Part shown: positions 1-14,122 of the stretch, piece by piece | Position numbering within the stretch: position 1 is the stretch's first letter | How the letters are laid out: the number at the start of each line of letters is the position of its first letter | Program-made: the position numbers and the translations under genes | Notes under the pieces: model-generated | The model's database searches: none | Seen by the model: the letters and a program-made list of their open reading frames with translations, nothing else | What the model was told of the DNA's origin: nothing | Source of the DNA: Octopus vulgaris | Taxonomy: Eukaryota | Direction of reading: 5' to 3' | DNA length: 64,000 nt | Assembly (NCBI GenBank): GCA_951406725.2 | Contig: OX597838.1 | Span: 12,276,001-12,340,000, forward strand

Positions 1-373
1 GTATGTACGCGTGTTTGGTGGAAGCATTTGAAAGGTAAATTTGTAGATAGATCGATAACTCGATAGGTTGTTAGACACAATTTTGTTAATGAGCTGGAAT
101 TTGTTAATATTTGTGGGTGAGTGTGTGTGCGTGTGTGTGCGTGTGTGTGTTTGTGCATGCGCGCACGCGCGTGTATGTCGTACTTATACATTAAGCGTGG
201 TAAATGAGATAGTAATAGTAACATTTTTGGACTCATAAATACGTGCTTACATTATACACACAAGCATATACATGTAGATATATATAAGTACAACGTTTGC
301 GTGCACACATTTCTATATACCTTCGAACACTAATATGCCTATATGCATATATATATATACATATATATATATA

Positions 374-772
374 GGCGCAGGAGTGGCCGTGTGGTAAGTA
401 GCTTGCTTACCAACCACATGGTTCCGGGTTCAGTCCCACTGCGTGGCATCTTGGGCAAGTGTCTTCTACTATAGCCTCGGGCCGACCAAAGGCTTGTGAG
501 TGGATTTGGTAGACGGAAACTGAAAGAAGCCCGTCGTATATATGTATATATATGCGTGTGTATGTTTGTGTCTGTATTTGTCCCCCTAGCATTGCTTGAC
601 AACGGATGCTGGTGTGTTTATGTCCCCGTTACTTAGCGGTTCGACAAAAAGATACCGATAGAATAAGTACTGGGCTTACAAAGAATAAGTCCCGGGGTCG
701 AGTTGCTCGATTAAAGGCGGTGCTCCAGCATGGCCGCAGTCAAATGACTGAAACAAGTAAAAGAGAAAAGAG
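374..772 (+). mobile_element. tRNA-derived SINE family A (CORE-like body, internal (TA)n/(TG)n)
   Basis: A box TGGCCGTGTGG, B box GGTTCAGTCCC, CORE-like cttgggcaagtgtctt, tail gtaaaaga repeats; many copies in the window. Confidence 0.88.
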
Positions 773-1742
773 AATATATGTGTGTGTGTGTGTGTGTATT
801 ATCGAATATATACATAATATGCATAATACGTAAGAGAACAGAGGTCGTGTAATCAACTCTATTAACTGGTGGATGTTTTTGCTACAAGAAGCCGCGCAAT
901 CAAAGCTGAACGCTTGCACGAAAACGTTTCTCTTCCTCAAAGAGACGCTGACATGATTATGTCGTTAAGAAGCTCCCTCCCTTTGTAGCCACTTGAATTC
1001 AGGTTCAGTCCCTCTGCGCAGCAAGTTGGTCAAATGCTTTTTTTTACTAAAGTCCCTAATCGACGAATATCTTGTGAGGGAATTTTGTGGACAGAAACTC
1101 TGGGAAAGCACGTTTTATATACCTAAATATGCGTGTGTGTGTCTTTGTGTGCGCGTGTGTGTCTTTGTGTTGGTGTTGTCCCTCCACCGCTTCATAACAG
1201 GTATCGTTTTAAACGAAGCGCTTCGGCAAAAAGTTACCGATAGAGTAAGCGAATTCATACGATTATGTAAAAAGAAAAAAATTGTGTGTGTGATGTAAGG
1301 GCGATTTAGATGTTGCTTTTAGCACATCCCACGACCACCGTCCTTCTTTCTTTGTCACTCTGGCATGTATTAATATTTTTCAGTATTTTTCTCATCATAA
1401 ATACATTTAATCGAATGATGATGCAAGGGTGATCCATTGCTGGGATTTAAGCAAAAACATTGGACTGTCTGTTTTTGAAACTGATTTTAGAAGAAAATTC
1501 GTAAAACAGTGGAAATCTTAGGATTTATGAATGCGGGGGAGGATTTGAAGAAAAAATTATTTTGTTTCATAATCGTGTGAACTCCCGTGTGTAGAACACA
1601 AATTCGCAAAACTTTTATTAGAATTCCGTAAAATAAAAAAAAAAGTCATGAGGGATTATATAGAATGCTTAAACCAGAATTCTACCGAATATCTATGGTA
1701 AACGAATGAAGAATTCCAGCTCTCACATTCTGGTTATGAATT

Positions 1743-2136
1743 TATTTCTTTATTACCCACAAGGAGCTAAACATAGAGGGGACAAACAATGACAGACAGA
1801 CGGATTAAGTCGATTACATCGACCCCAGTGCGTAACTGGTACTTAAGTTATCGACTCCGAAAGGATGAAAGGCAAAGTCGACCTCGGCGGAATTTGAAAT
1901 CAGAACGTAACGGCAGACGAAATACCTATTTCTTTATTACCCACAAGGGGCTAAACACAGAGGGAACAAACAAGGACAGACATAAGTATTAAGTCGATTA
2001 CATCGACCCCAGTGCGTAACTGGTACTTAATTTATCGACTCCGAAAGGATAAAAGGCAAAGTCGACCTCGGAAGAATTTGAACTCAGAACGTAACGGCAG
2101 ACGAAATACCGCTAAGCATTTCGCCCGTCGTGCTAA
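1743..2136 (-). mobile_element. SINE family B, tandem dimer (junction 1926/1927)
   Basis: Two consecutive copies; B box GAGTTCAAATT, central gcctttcatcctt domain, tail ...aaagaaata. Confidence 0.88.
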
Positions 2137-2719
2137 ATTTTTTCTTGTGTGTGTCTCTGTTATACATGCTGTGGGATGTGTAAGGACAGATGTTACATAT
2201 CCTAGGGCACATATATATGTAACAACAGATGTTAGGGTTCTTCAAAACAGAACAAAGTATACAGGCGCTGCGAAGACTTTCTGCTTGGGCCTCCTGGAAT
2301 AGACACATCCAGATACGAGGAGGAAACAGACAGCTGTAAAGAGCAAAGAAACACATACATTAAAGGAGATATGTGCACCTATCACACGAAAGTATTTATA
2401 TTCATACTCGCACCTACATATTTGGACACAGAAACTCAATCACATATTCAAAGATCAGAGGAGTTGCTGATTCAGACGCAAGACCTATGTCAAACAGTTT
2501 GAATTCGGCGAAGAACTTCAGTTCCGAAGAATGATACTTAAATATATACATATACATGCGTATAAGTGTCCTTATATACTTACGTACGTATACATATATG
2601 TTTACATATAAACATACGCAAGTACGTCGGAATGTACATACATACGCACGTACGTACGTATAATAACATACACTCGGACATACATTTGTACATGTATGCA
2701 TGCAAACTTATATACATTC

Positions 2720-3325
2720 GTACATACATGCATACACACACACATACATACATACATACATACACACATACATACATACATACATACATACATACATACA
2801 TACATACATACATACATACATACATACATACATACATACATACATACATACACACATACATACATACACACACACACACACATACATACATACATACATA
2901 CATACATACATACATACACACATACAAACATACATACATACATACATACATACATACATACACGCACACATGCATACACACATACAAACATACATACATA
3001 CATACACACATACATACATACATGCATGCATGCATACATACATACATACATACATACATACATACACACATACATACATGCATACATACATACATACACA
3101 CACACACATACATACATACATATATACACACATACACATACATACATACATACAGACATACATACATACATACATACATACATACATACATACATACATA
3201 CATACACACGCACACATACACACATACATACATACATACATACATACATACATACATACATACATACATACATACATACATGCATGCATACACACACACA
3301 TACATACACACACATACACACATAC
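2720..3325. repeat. (CATA)n/(CA)n microsatellite
   Basis: Direct reading. Confidence 0.95.
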
Positions 3326-3679
3326 TGGTTGTTGACTCTTGAGTCAATACAGACAGAATGAGTCAAGGAAGAAATTGAAGAATGATGAAAAGAAAGAAAA
3401 AAAAGAAGAGTGAAACTAAGAAAGAAATTAAGAAAGAAGAAAAGAAAGACAGAAAGAATAAATAAATGTAAATATCGAGAGGGCTTAATCAATCACAGTC
3501 GACTGATCAATAGTTATAATAGAAAGGCTGATCGCGGGGAAATGAACCTGATGTTGATGATGATGATGATGATGATGGTGATGGTGGTGAGAACCGTGTT
3601 GGTGATGGTGATGGTGATGGTGATGGTGGTTTCATGTGGTTCGATAGAGAAAGCATTTTCCTGTTATTGACGACGAAGA

Positions 3680-4020
3680 CGATAATGAGGAGGAGGAGGA
3701 TGAGAGATGATGATGATGATGTTGATGATGATGATGAGGATGAGGAGGAGAGATGATGATGATGATGTTGATGATGATGATAATGAGCAGGAGGAGGAGG
3801 AGAGATGATGGTGATGATGTCGATGATGATGATGAGGAGGAGGAGAGATGATGTTGATGATGATGATGAGGAGGAGGAGGAGATATGATGATGATGAGGA
3901 GGAGGAGAGATGATGAGGAGGAGGGGGAGGAGAAATGATGATGATGTTGTTGATGATGAGGAGGAGGAGGAGGAGGATGTGGAGGAAGAAGAGTGGGTGA
4001 GGATAATGATGATGATGAAG
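3680..4020. repeat. (GAT)n/(GAG)n compound repeat
   Basis: Direct reading. Confidence 0.9.
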
Positions 4021-4107
4021 CAATCGTCCTGATAAAGGAGGACCTCCAGGATCAATCGAGAGACTTATTCAACCAACGTTTCCTGGACACCAACGTGCAA
4101 AGCTTTC

Positions 4108-4151
<44 letters not shown>

Positions 4152-4216
4152 TTTCTCTCTCTCTTCCCCCCTTTTCTCTCTCTTTCTTCCTCCCCTTTTC
4201 TCTCTCTCTCTCTCCC

Positions 4217-4260
<44 letters not shown>

Positions 4261-4572
4261 TCTGACGCTCTCTCCGACTTGGAGCAGTACCGTCCACTCT
4301 TATCAATTTCACTATTCTCATTCGCTTTTCAATAAACTCACTCGAGGACAGCACCGCCACCTTTCCACTCGCACCTTCGTTTTCATGTGAAACTTGAAAA
4401 CGTTGATGGGGTGGGGTCCAAGCAAAGAGGTAAGTCTCTGTCCTCGTTCCTTTCACTTTCGTCCACCACACAACCTCTTACACTATAACAACCAGAGAAA
4501 CAGTTGTCTTTACGCGATTTAAGGTTTGCAGAGTGGTAATCATTATTACAAACACATCTGATACCTAGTTCC

Positions 4573-4991
4573 TATTGCTTTATAGCCCACAAAGGGCTAA
4601 ACACAGAGGGGACAAACAAGGACAGACAAACGGATTAAGTCAATTACATCTAAGTACCAGTGTATAACTGGTACTTATTTAATCGACCCCTAAAGGATGA
4701 AAGGCAAAGTTGAGCTCGGCGGAATTTGACCTCAGAACGTAAAGACAGACGAAATACCTATTTCTTTACTACCCACAAGGGGCTATATAGACAGAGGGGA
4801 CAAACAAGGACAGACAAACGGATTAAGTCGATTACATCGACCCAAGTGCGTAACTGGTACTTATTTAATCGACCCCGAAAGGATGAAAGGCAAAGTCGAC
4901 CTCGGCAGAATTTGAACTCAGAACGTAAAGACAGACGAAATACCGCTAAGCACTTCGCCCGGCGTGCAAACGATTCTGCCAGCTCACCGCC
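4573..4991 (-). mobile_element. SINE family B, tandem dimer (junction 4758/4759)
   Basis: Same dimer junction as at 1926/1927. Confidence 0.88.
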
Positions 4992-5294
4992 TAGTACCCT
5001 CCTCCCCACAGCAACAGCTGTTCAGTATAACTTCACAAGTTAGTAATGCCCGAAATGTAAAGAAGTGCGTGCAGAACGCTTTCGTCACTCTGCGCGTATC
5101 TCGTACAGGCCCTTCTGATGGTATCCGCGTATCCGTAGAGCTCATGTATCGAAAAAATAGAGACACCCGGAACAAACTAACCAGTTCGTTTTCATCGAAA
5201 GCCAGAGTCTCACCAAGAATGCCGTTGCTCTTTACCACATTAACACTCGATTGCTACAATGGAATATCTATTGACACTATTGACCGACTGATAG

Positions 5295-5735
5295 AAAGGC
5301 GGTCACGACACGAAAACGCCGTCTGCCGCGGCAGTTGGCTGCGGCGGGGAGTCGGGAGTCGCAGGAAAGGGCGGCGTTCGCCGCGAGGATGCGGCAGACG
5401 AAGAAGGAGGAGACTCGTTCTCGCTTTTTTTGACTGCTTCCTCCGGCCCGATTAGCGCGCGAGCCGCCGCCGCTCGATCGTCCGTCTCCCACAATGCCAG
5501 ACCGTCATCGTTGCGAAGCGCTGCTGCGACGGCCGCGCCGCCCCGAATCGCGCGGCCGACGACGACACGCGGAGGAGCCCGACAAGCAGAAGCAGAGGAG
5601 GAATAACAACGACGGCGAGGCCGCACGCCCGTGGACGACGCCGCCGCCGACAACTAAGAGCGAAGCGAACGGTGGCATATCCGTTCGCGCCCGTCGATCG
5701 CTCCGTCGCACTCGTCTCGCATATATGCCAGGCGC
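5295..5735. other. GC- and CpG-rich island of unknown function
   Basis: Dense CpG and (GCC)n/(GAC)n runs in an otherwise AT-rich window; no convincing protein homology. Confidence 0.55.
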
Positions 5736-5894
5736 CCAGTTTCGGTCTTTGTTTCACGCAGGACTGCAGCTCCTCCGTTCCTATAGAGCTTATCTCAAAC
5801 AGCTAGAGCCTCCCGTAGCATCGGCCGACTAACAGCTTTTCGAAACTGTCCATTGTAGTCTCTGATCGAGAATGCCCCGAGACATACCGGCCAG

Positions 5895-6115
5895 TGGCAG
5901 ACACGTTAGCGCGCCGGGCGAAATGCTTAGCAGTATTTCGTCTGCCGTTTCGTTCTGAGTTCAAATTCCGCCGAGGTCGACTTTGCCTTTCATCCTTTCG
6001 GGGTCGATAGATAAAGTACCAGTTTCGCACAGGGGTCGATGTAATCGACTTAATCCCTTTGTCTGTCCTTCTTTGTCCCCTTTATGTTTAGCCCCTTCTG
6101 GGCAATAAAGAAATA
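5895..6115 (+). mobile_element. SINE family B
   Basis: Matches the family B sequence seen in the other copies. Confidence 0.88.
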
Positions 6116-6649
6116 TGTTAATCGACGCCCGAGCTTCAGTGAGAACGTTGTTGCTCTTTCCCTCTATTAAACCCCTATGCGTTGATAGACTGGAACTTTT
6201 ACCCACTGAAAGAAAGCAGAGAGCACCCCTGAGAAAGGAAAAAAGAGAAAAGGGAGGTAATAGATAACTTTATATTGAAAGCAGAGTTTAAAATTTCGTT
6301 TTGAGATTTGGTTTGCAAGATTCTTTAGGACAATAAAAATAAGAAAAAAGTGGAAATTTTACCGGTGAGTGTGTTAAATAATAAGCAACAAAAGGAAAAT
6401 GACTCTCCCCAGACACAACAGAGTTTAAAATGTTTGACCAAAGCGTTAACGAGGAGGTTGGCGTTTATTGTCAATAGGATGATCGGGGAAGCGAAAAATT
6501 GCGCAGACCCAAACAAATCCATCCACGTCTACCTGATGCTATGCATGATATAGAGGGCTGGAAATCAAATTCACTCGGTCAGATAAAAGCGTTCGGAATG
6601 GTCGATCATCGTTACGTAATGCCTGTTCAACCGCTGCTGCTGCTGTTGA

Positions 6650-7001
6650 TGTTGTGCGTAGCGGTCTTCGTCCTAGTGGTGCTTTGCTATTCGTAAGACC
6701 CGCAGAAGAGAAAGCAGGTCAACCCCCGACACCGAGAGCATCAACGGATGGATGAATGCCCATCCAGGCTCAGCGGTTGCGTAGGAAGTCGGGGACAAGA
6801 AACAGGAAGAAGAAAGAGTGAGAGAAAGTTGGAGCGAAAGAGTACAACAGGGGTCGCCACCCCACCCCCTGCCGGAGCCTCGTGGAGCTTTTAGGTGTTT
6901 TCGCTCAATAAACACACACAACGCCCCCGGTCTGGGAATCGAAACCGTGATCCTCCGACCGCGAGTCCGCTGCCCTAACCACTGAGCCATTGCGCCTCCA
7001 C
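6650..7001 (-). mobile_element. tRNA-derived SINE family C, tail type 1
   Basis: Head gtggaggcgcaatggctcagtggttagggcagcggactcgcggtc...gtttcgattccc. The 3' part differs from the other C copies; the left boundary is approximate. Confidence 0.82.
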
Positions 7002-7014
7002 ACTGCTGTTGCTG

Positions 7015-7053
<39 letters not shown>

Positions 7054-7449
7054 TCTTAAAAATCGGTTTCTCAAAACGGATTGAATAATACCAGGTGAGT
7101 TTTCGACATTTTCTTGCAATTCTATTCGAAACTCCAGTCAAAGACAGCAAAGAATATGGAAGAATTTTTATGAGTTTAGCAGAAGAAACAGAACCAGATT
7201 TACGAATGGATAAACCACCCACCTTCTCCTCTTCCTCCTCCCCCTCCTCCAGTCCAGTCTTCGACTAATTTATGAATTTGCGATTTGATAACATAACACA
7301 CTGGAAAGGCTGTTCGATGCTCTTTCTTTAGTGGAGAAGTGTGTGTGTGTGTGTGTGAGTGTGTGTGTATGTGTGCGTGTATGGACACGCACACATGTAT
7401 ATATATGTCTGTGTATATGTATGGACATACGCATGTGTAAGTAAAAACG

Positions 7450-7510
<61 letters not shown>

Positions 7511-7561
7511 GTGTCTGTGTGTATATATATATGTATATATATATATATTTATATATATATA

Positions 7562-7624
<63 letters not shown>

Positions 7625-7909
7625 CCATATATATATTTATATATATATATGTATATATGTGTATATATATATATACATACAGACACACACACACATATAT
7701 ATATATATATGTATATATAGATATACATACATGTGAGTGAGTGTATATAGCTGCTAGCTAGTTCCTAGTTTATTCCCTAATGCGTTATTACGATATACAC
7801 GCGCACACTGATCGATATGTGAGTGTGTGTATACGTATGCATAAGTATATATAAATTCATATACACACACACATACATATATATATACATATATATATAC
7901 ATACATACA

Positions 7910-7941
<32 letters not shown>

Positions 7942-7966
7942 AGTATATATTTCGATACATATATGA

Positions 7967-8012
<46 letters not shown>

Positions 8013-8269
8013 CATAAATATATACGTACACAGATGAGGTGGGTGGTTACGCGCCTATTTACACATCGGCTTCTAATACGGCCATCCATACTTAGCTCGG
8101 ATAAGCAACAAACGCGCGTCTACTTCGGCTCTTCACTGCTGCCGGCCAAACCAACTCTCTGTTCTCCGCTCGAGTGTTATTACAACATCAAATAAGTAGT
8201 CGCGAGAAACAAGCCTCAAATTAAGCGAACGTTAAAACAGCTAATCTCAATGGCGGCGGCGGCGGTGCT

Positions 8270-9010
8270 GGTAGTATGGTGGTGGGTGGTGGTGGTGGTG
8301 GTGGTGGTGGTGGTGGTGGTGGTGGTGGTGGTGGTGGTGGTGGTGGTGGTGGTGGTGGTGGTATGGTGGTGGTGGTAGTATGGTGGTGGAGGTGGTGGTG
8401 GTGGTGGTGGTGGTGGTGGTGGTGGTGGTGGTGGTGGTGGTGGTATGGTGGTGGTGGTGGTGGTTGTGGTGGTGGCGGTGATGATGGTGGTGGTTGTGGT
8501 GGTGGTGGTGGTGGTGGTAGTGGTGGTTGTGGTGGTGGTGGTTGTGGTGGTGGTGGTGATGGTGGTGGTGGTGGTGGTGGTGGTGGTGTTGGTGGTGCTG
8601 GTGCTAGTGGTGGTGCTGGTGATGGTGGTGGTGGTGATGGTAGTATGATGGTGGTGGTGGTGTTGGTGGTGGTGCTGGTGCTAGTGGTGGTGCTGCTGGT
8701 GATGGTGGTGGTGGTGGTGGTAGTATGATGGTGGTGGTGGTGGTGGTGGTGGTGGTGTTGGTGGTGGTGGTGCTGGTGCAAGTGCTAGTGGTGGTGGTGG
8801 TAGTATGGTGGTGGTGGTGGTGGTCGGCGGCGGTGCTAGTGCTAGTGGTTGTGGTGGTGGTGGTCGGTGGTGGTGGTGGAGGTGGTGGTGGTGATGCTGG
8901 TGGCCGTTGTTGATAGTGGTGCTTGTGGTTGTGTTGATAGTGTTGGTGGTGGTAGTAGTGGCAGTGGTGGTGGTGGTAGTAGTGGTGGTGGTAGTGGTGG
9001 TGGTGATGGT
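8270..9010. repeat. (GGT)n compound microsatellite
   Basis: Direct reading. Confidence 0.95.
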
Positions 9011-9254
9011 ATGGTTTGGCGATATGTAATGCTGCTGGTTGTACCATGCCGTCGATGACGTGCGCTACCGGTACGGTTGTAGTAGTAGTAGTAGTAGTAG
9101 TGTGATGGTATGATAAAATTTTGGTGTAAAAATATTTGGTATTATGATGGTGATGATGGTGGTGTTTGTGATGGGACAAGTAATTCTGGCATTGGTGGTG
9201 GCTCATGTGGGTGGGTGGGTAATCTCAAGTCAATGGTAACCGTTCATCTTTACA

Positions 9255-9535
9255 CACGAAGGGGTGCTGAAAGGGTCCTGGCTTTTCATGAGGGTATCAT
9301 GAGGGTATCATGAGGCCCAACTTTCTGAGTTTTTATTCTCCTTTTTTTTGCAGGGCTTAGGAAAAAACTGAGGGACCGCTGCAATAAGTATGTGAATCTG
9401 TGAAGGAGATATTTTGAATAAAATCATAATTAACTCATCGTCTTGTATTTTCTTTTACCCAAAGCCAGGATTATGTCAGGCACCACCACCACCACCACCC
9501 TCCACCCCACCACCCTCCACCCCACCACCCTCGTA
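9255..9535 (+). mobile_element. Mariner-derived deletion derivative (MITE)
   Basis: Imperfect TIRs (cgaaggggtgctgaaagggtcctggcttt and aaagccagga...cagg-caccacc...ctcgta). Internal remnant RCNKYVNL/GDYFE* (across a frameshift) resembles a mariner transposase C-terminus. Confidence 0.55.
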
Positions 9536-9999
9536 TATGTCCTGAACAAGATTTTCTGGAAGATTAGTAACGACCCATTGTTATAAGCCTGCTGATCTCA
9601 CTCCATGATCGCTATTCACCTTTTACACCTTACCTGTTGCAGTCACTGAACTGCGGTCGTGCTGGGGCATCACTTCGATGGGGTTTTTAGTCCGAAGAAA
9701 TCGACCTCAATATTTAGCGTCATTGAAGTCTGGTATTTATTTTATCGCTCTCTTTTGCTGAATCGCTAAGTTAAAGGGGACGTAAACAAACTAACACCTG
9801 TTGTTAAGTGATGGCTACAACAAACACACACACACACATGTATACATTCATACCCATATATATATAAGTACTTTTTTCCTATTTGTAATCACCCCACTTG
9901 TCGTATGGTTAACACCATATAGATTTCCGGTGCATCCTAGTTAAGGACCATATTCATGTGAATTCATTAGAATTCACTTGAATCTCAATTACTTAAACC

Positions 10000-10052
<53 letters not shown>

Positions 10053-10118
10053 TCACTTAGAAAATCATATGCATATTTGAATGGGTGTTTATCAGCGTCA
10101 GCTCAGCCAAAGTGTTAT

Positions 10119-10165
10119 TCTGTGTCGACGAAGGGAAATAATCCTGAAACCGTACGGTCCGCAGA
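10119..10165 (+). ncRNA. Hammerhead-like motif with a variant core (TCGACGA)
   Basis: tctgtg-TCGACGA-aggg(aaataa)tcct-GAAA-ccgtacgg-TC-cgcaga. Confidence 0.5.
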
Positions 10166-10337
10166 TACTGCTTTGTGCTCGATGGGGGGATGCAAACATC
10201 CCCTGTTCGAAAATATAAGGACACAGATCGTGTGTCGTATAGCCAGCTGGAGACAATGTCTACTGGATCTAAACAACAGTAGCATTCGCTCCAAATAGGT
10301 TTGCCATATTAGGTTAGCAAATAATCGTCACTTTAAT

Positions 10338-10432
<95 letters not shown>

Positions 10433-10859
10433 TGCATATAAACTTATATCTATTTACCTACCAATCCTGTGTATATCTATCTATATATATGTGTGTGCGT
10501 GTGTGTATGAGTGTGAGTGTGTGTTAGTATGTGTGTGCGTGTGTGTGTGTGTGTATAGAGTGAGAGAGACACACAGACAGACACACAGACAGACACACAG
10601 ACGGAGATAAAAACACTGGAACGTATACACTTGTAGTGTATTTAATGATATTTCTAGATATCGAAACGGAAATGTACTTCATAAACAACGTCATCAACGC
10701 TAATGACATCAACAACAACAATAGCAACATTGGTAACGAGGACACACAACAAAAACGAGGCCAATAAACAGGAGAAAAAAAAAACTCGCAAGAGAGTTTT
10801 ACAAATATTTAATTGATTTTCCTGCAATTAAACTGAGCGGATAATTATGAGAGTATGAA

Positions 10860-10879
10860 TATGAGTGTGTGTGAGTGTG

Positions 10880-10927
<48 letters not shown>

Positions 10928-11077
10928 TGTGTATGCGTGTGTGTGTGTGTGTTCGTGTGTGTATATGTGTGTATGTGTGTGTGTGTGTGCGTATGCGTGT
11001 GTGTGTGTGTCTGTGCGTGTGTGTGTGTTTGTATGTGTGTGTCTGTGCGCGTGTGTTTGTGTGTGTGTGTGTGTACG

Positions 11078-11108
<31 letters not shown>

Positions 11109-11252
11109 TTGTGTGTGTGTGTTTGTGTGTGTGTATGCGCGTGTGTGTGTGTGTGTGTGTCTGTGTGTGTGTGTCTGTGTGTGTGTGTGTATGCGTGTGT
11201 GTGTGTGTGTGTGTCTGTGTGTGTGTATTTTCGTGTGTGTGTGTGTGTGTGT
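10860..11252. repeat. (GT)n microsatellite
   Basis: Direct reading. Confidence 0.95.
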
Positions 11253-13043
11253 GGAATTGAGTATATATGTAAGCGATCGTACGTACATGTATGTGTATGT
11301 GTGTGTCTGTGCCGTGCGTGTGGCGTTTCCGATCGTTGTCTTTGTGCCTGTGAGCTCGCAGATGTATACATATATCTACGTATGTATCGAAGGATATGTG
11401 TGTGTGTGTGTGTGTGTGTAACATATATGTACATATGTTACCTACATAATAAATTAATAAATAAAATAAAACATATGCATATATACATACATATATGTAC
11501 GTACCTACCTCGACATGCATATATACATGCATATATGGGTACAGGACACCAAAAAAAAAACGTCGAACACAATGAGAAACGAAGACATAAACACAAAACC
11601 AAGGAACTGGACATTTTTCTCAAAAAAACCAAATAGAGTACAGGACATACAATACAAGGAAAATTCCCCTTCTTTAGTCGCCTTTGTTTCATCTACTCCG
11701 CGTTTCGAAGGTCAAGGCGAGACACGGCTTTAATGAAACTTTCCTTCCCGCGAAAAGCAAATTACCTACATACACAGGTGCTTGGAGTCACGGGCGGAGC
11801 AGGCAGCGGAATGGGGTGGTAGGGAGCGTGAGAGGAAAGGAGCGTCTTCGGCATCCTCGACCCGCACTGGCGAATATTGCCCACGACTCCTTCACCATCA
11901 CCTTGGACTCCAAAGTTACATTCAGCACAAACATCTGCTGAGGAGACTAGATAGAAACTGATGGACCCAATTCTCTGATACAAGCTGGAGCCAACGACGA
12001 CGATACGAGGTTGTTAAGCGAAATATTTTTTGCACTCTTGCTTCTATAATTTATTATTAAAGTTGAAGATTTCTATCACTTTCAACATAGTCCCCGGCCC
12101 CTTGCTTTTTGAGACACTTCCTCCAGCGGTCCACAGGCTTGCTTATTCCATCGGAGAAGGTTTTCAGCTGGTTGGGCTGTCATCTATATACCTATTTCTT
12201 TACTACCCACAAGGGGCTACACACAGAGGGGACAAACAACGACAGACAAACGGATAACAGTAGAAATAAAGAACATAATATTCAATGTAATAATAACATT
12301 TGCATTATATACGTAATAGTTAAATTATATATAAAACACTTCATTGCGTTTTTGTTACATGCTTGATTCCCCTGGTTCGTGGAAAAAATTGCGTTGTACG
12401 AAACCAGTCCGCGACGCAAAAACGCGGTTTTGAACCGCTGTCGTACACCATCATATAAAGTATTTAATTACCTTCTTTCTTTACTTTCTTAATTGTTGTT
12501 CTACCGGTAAATTTTCCAGTCGCAAAATGGAGCTTCTATTTCCCGCTTGTACAAAGTAAATATAATTGAGAAACTTGTTGAAGCCTTACGAAATGACAAG
12601 AAGCTAATTATCTGATGGCGTCAAACAACAGTAATTAAATTCTAAAACTTTTCCAAAGTCATAGTTTTAAAATTTCGACGAAGTCTGCGCCACTTGAGGG
12701 AAGTTACAAAATCACGTGACTTCACCATAACACTTTGGCTGGTTGCAACAGTTTATTACGAGTTAATAATCTTTATTAATTTTTCAGATGTGAATAAGTG
12801 GGAAAGGCCATCTTATATTTGAATAACCTTTATTCATGTATATATAGTATAAAACACACACACACACACACATACGCACACACACACAGATATATATGAA
12901 TACATATGTATGTATGTGTGTATGTGTGTGTCTGTATATGTATATGCATATGTATATGTATGCCCGTATATAGACTGGTGTGTCTGTGTATATGTACGTG
13001 ATTGAATGTATGTACATATCCTTACATATATGTAATATATATA

Positions 13044-13482
13044 TATCTGTAAAATAATATGTGACAATTATTCAATAGCCAAGATAAAACTCTGAGTTTC
13101 GGATGCCGAGGTGGAAATCCACAACACCATCTCTTCGGTTATCTGGCCAAATATATTTCTTTAGTACCCACAAGGGGCTAAACACAGAGGGGACAAACAA
13201 GGACAGACAAACGGTTTAAGTCGATTACATCGACCCCAGTGCGTAACTGGTACTTAATTTATCGACCCCGAAAGGATGAAAGGCAAAGTCGACCTCGGCG
13301 GAATTTGAACCCAGAACGTAGCGGCAGAAGAAATACGGCTACGCATTTCGCCCGGCGTGCTATCGTTTCTGCCAGCTCGCCGCCAACCGAAAAGATGGTA
13401 TTGTGGATTTCCACCTCGGTATCCGAAACTCAGAGTTTTATCTTGGCTATTGAATAATTTGTAACATATTATCTTACAGATA
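13044..13482. repeat. Inverted repeat (about 97-bp arms) surrounding a SINE B
   Basis: 13044-13140 is the imperfect reverse complement of 13385-13482. Confidence 0.85.
13154..13384 (-). mobile_element. SINE family B lying in the spacer of an inverted repeat
   Basis: Full-length copy between IR arms 13044-13140 and 13385-13482. Confidence 0.88.
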
Positions 13483-13547
13483 AATTTTCTCTATTTACAT
13501 AATATTGAGGTCTCTTTCTTTCTTTTGTTATCTTACCGCCGTTTTTA

Positions 13548-13912
<365 letters not shown>

Positions 13913-14122
13913 CATATATATAGATATATCTTATGATATATTATGATATATAATTTATTCACTTATGTATGCATATATATTAGGGGAGTCATCGAGCCAA
14001 TTTATATTTGAATCGGCTCTATACACGTGTATATATGGCATAATATATATATATACATTATTGGAACTTACTCACAAGGTACAGGAATCATATATATATA
14101 TAAATATATATTCTAGCAAAAA

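Noticed and set aside
1789-2302. Recurrent 'MRNWYLIYRPRKDERQSRPRRNLNSERNGRRN' peptides
   Set aside because: Antisense translation of SINE B copies, not a gene family.
4262-4436. Possible plus-strand exon ending at AG/GTAAGT (4430)
   Set aside because: Good donor site, but no clear acceptor or recognisable reading frame.
11860-11945. Possible LINE RT remnant (TLDSKVTFSTNI) or a minus-strand exon
   Set aside because: Only one short motif; the candidate exon frame from the ATG contains a stop.
12711-12720. E-box/CLEAR-like ATCACGTGAC
   Set aside because: A single short motif that could occur by chance in 64 kb.
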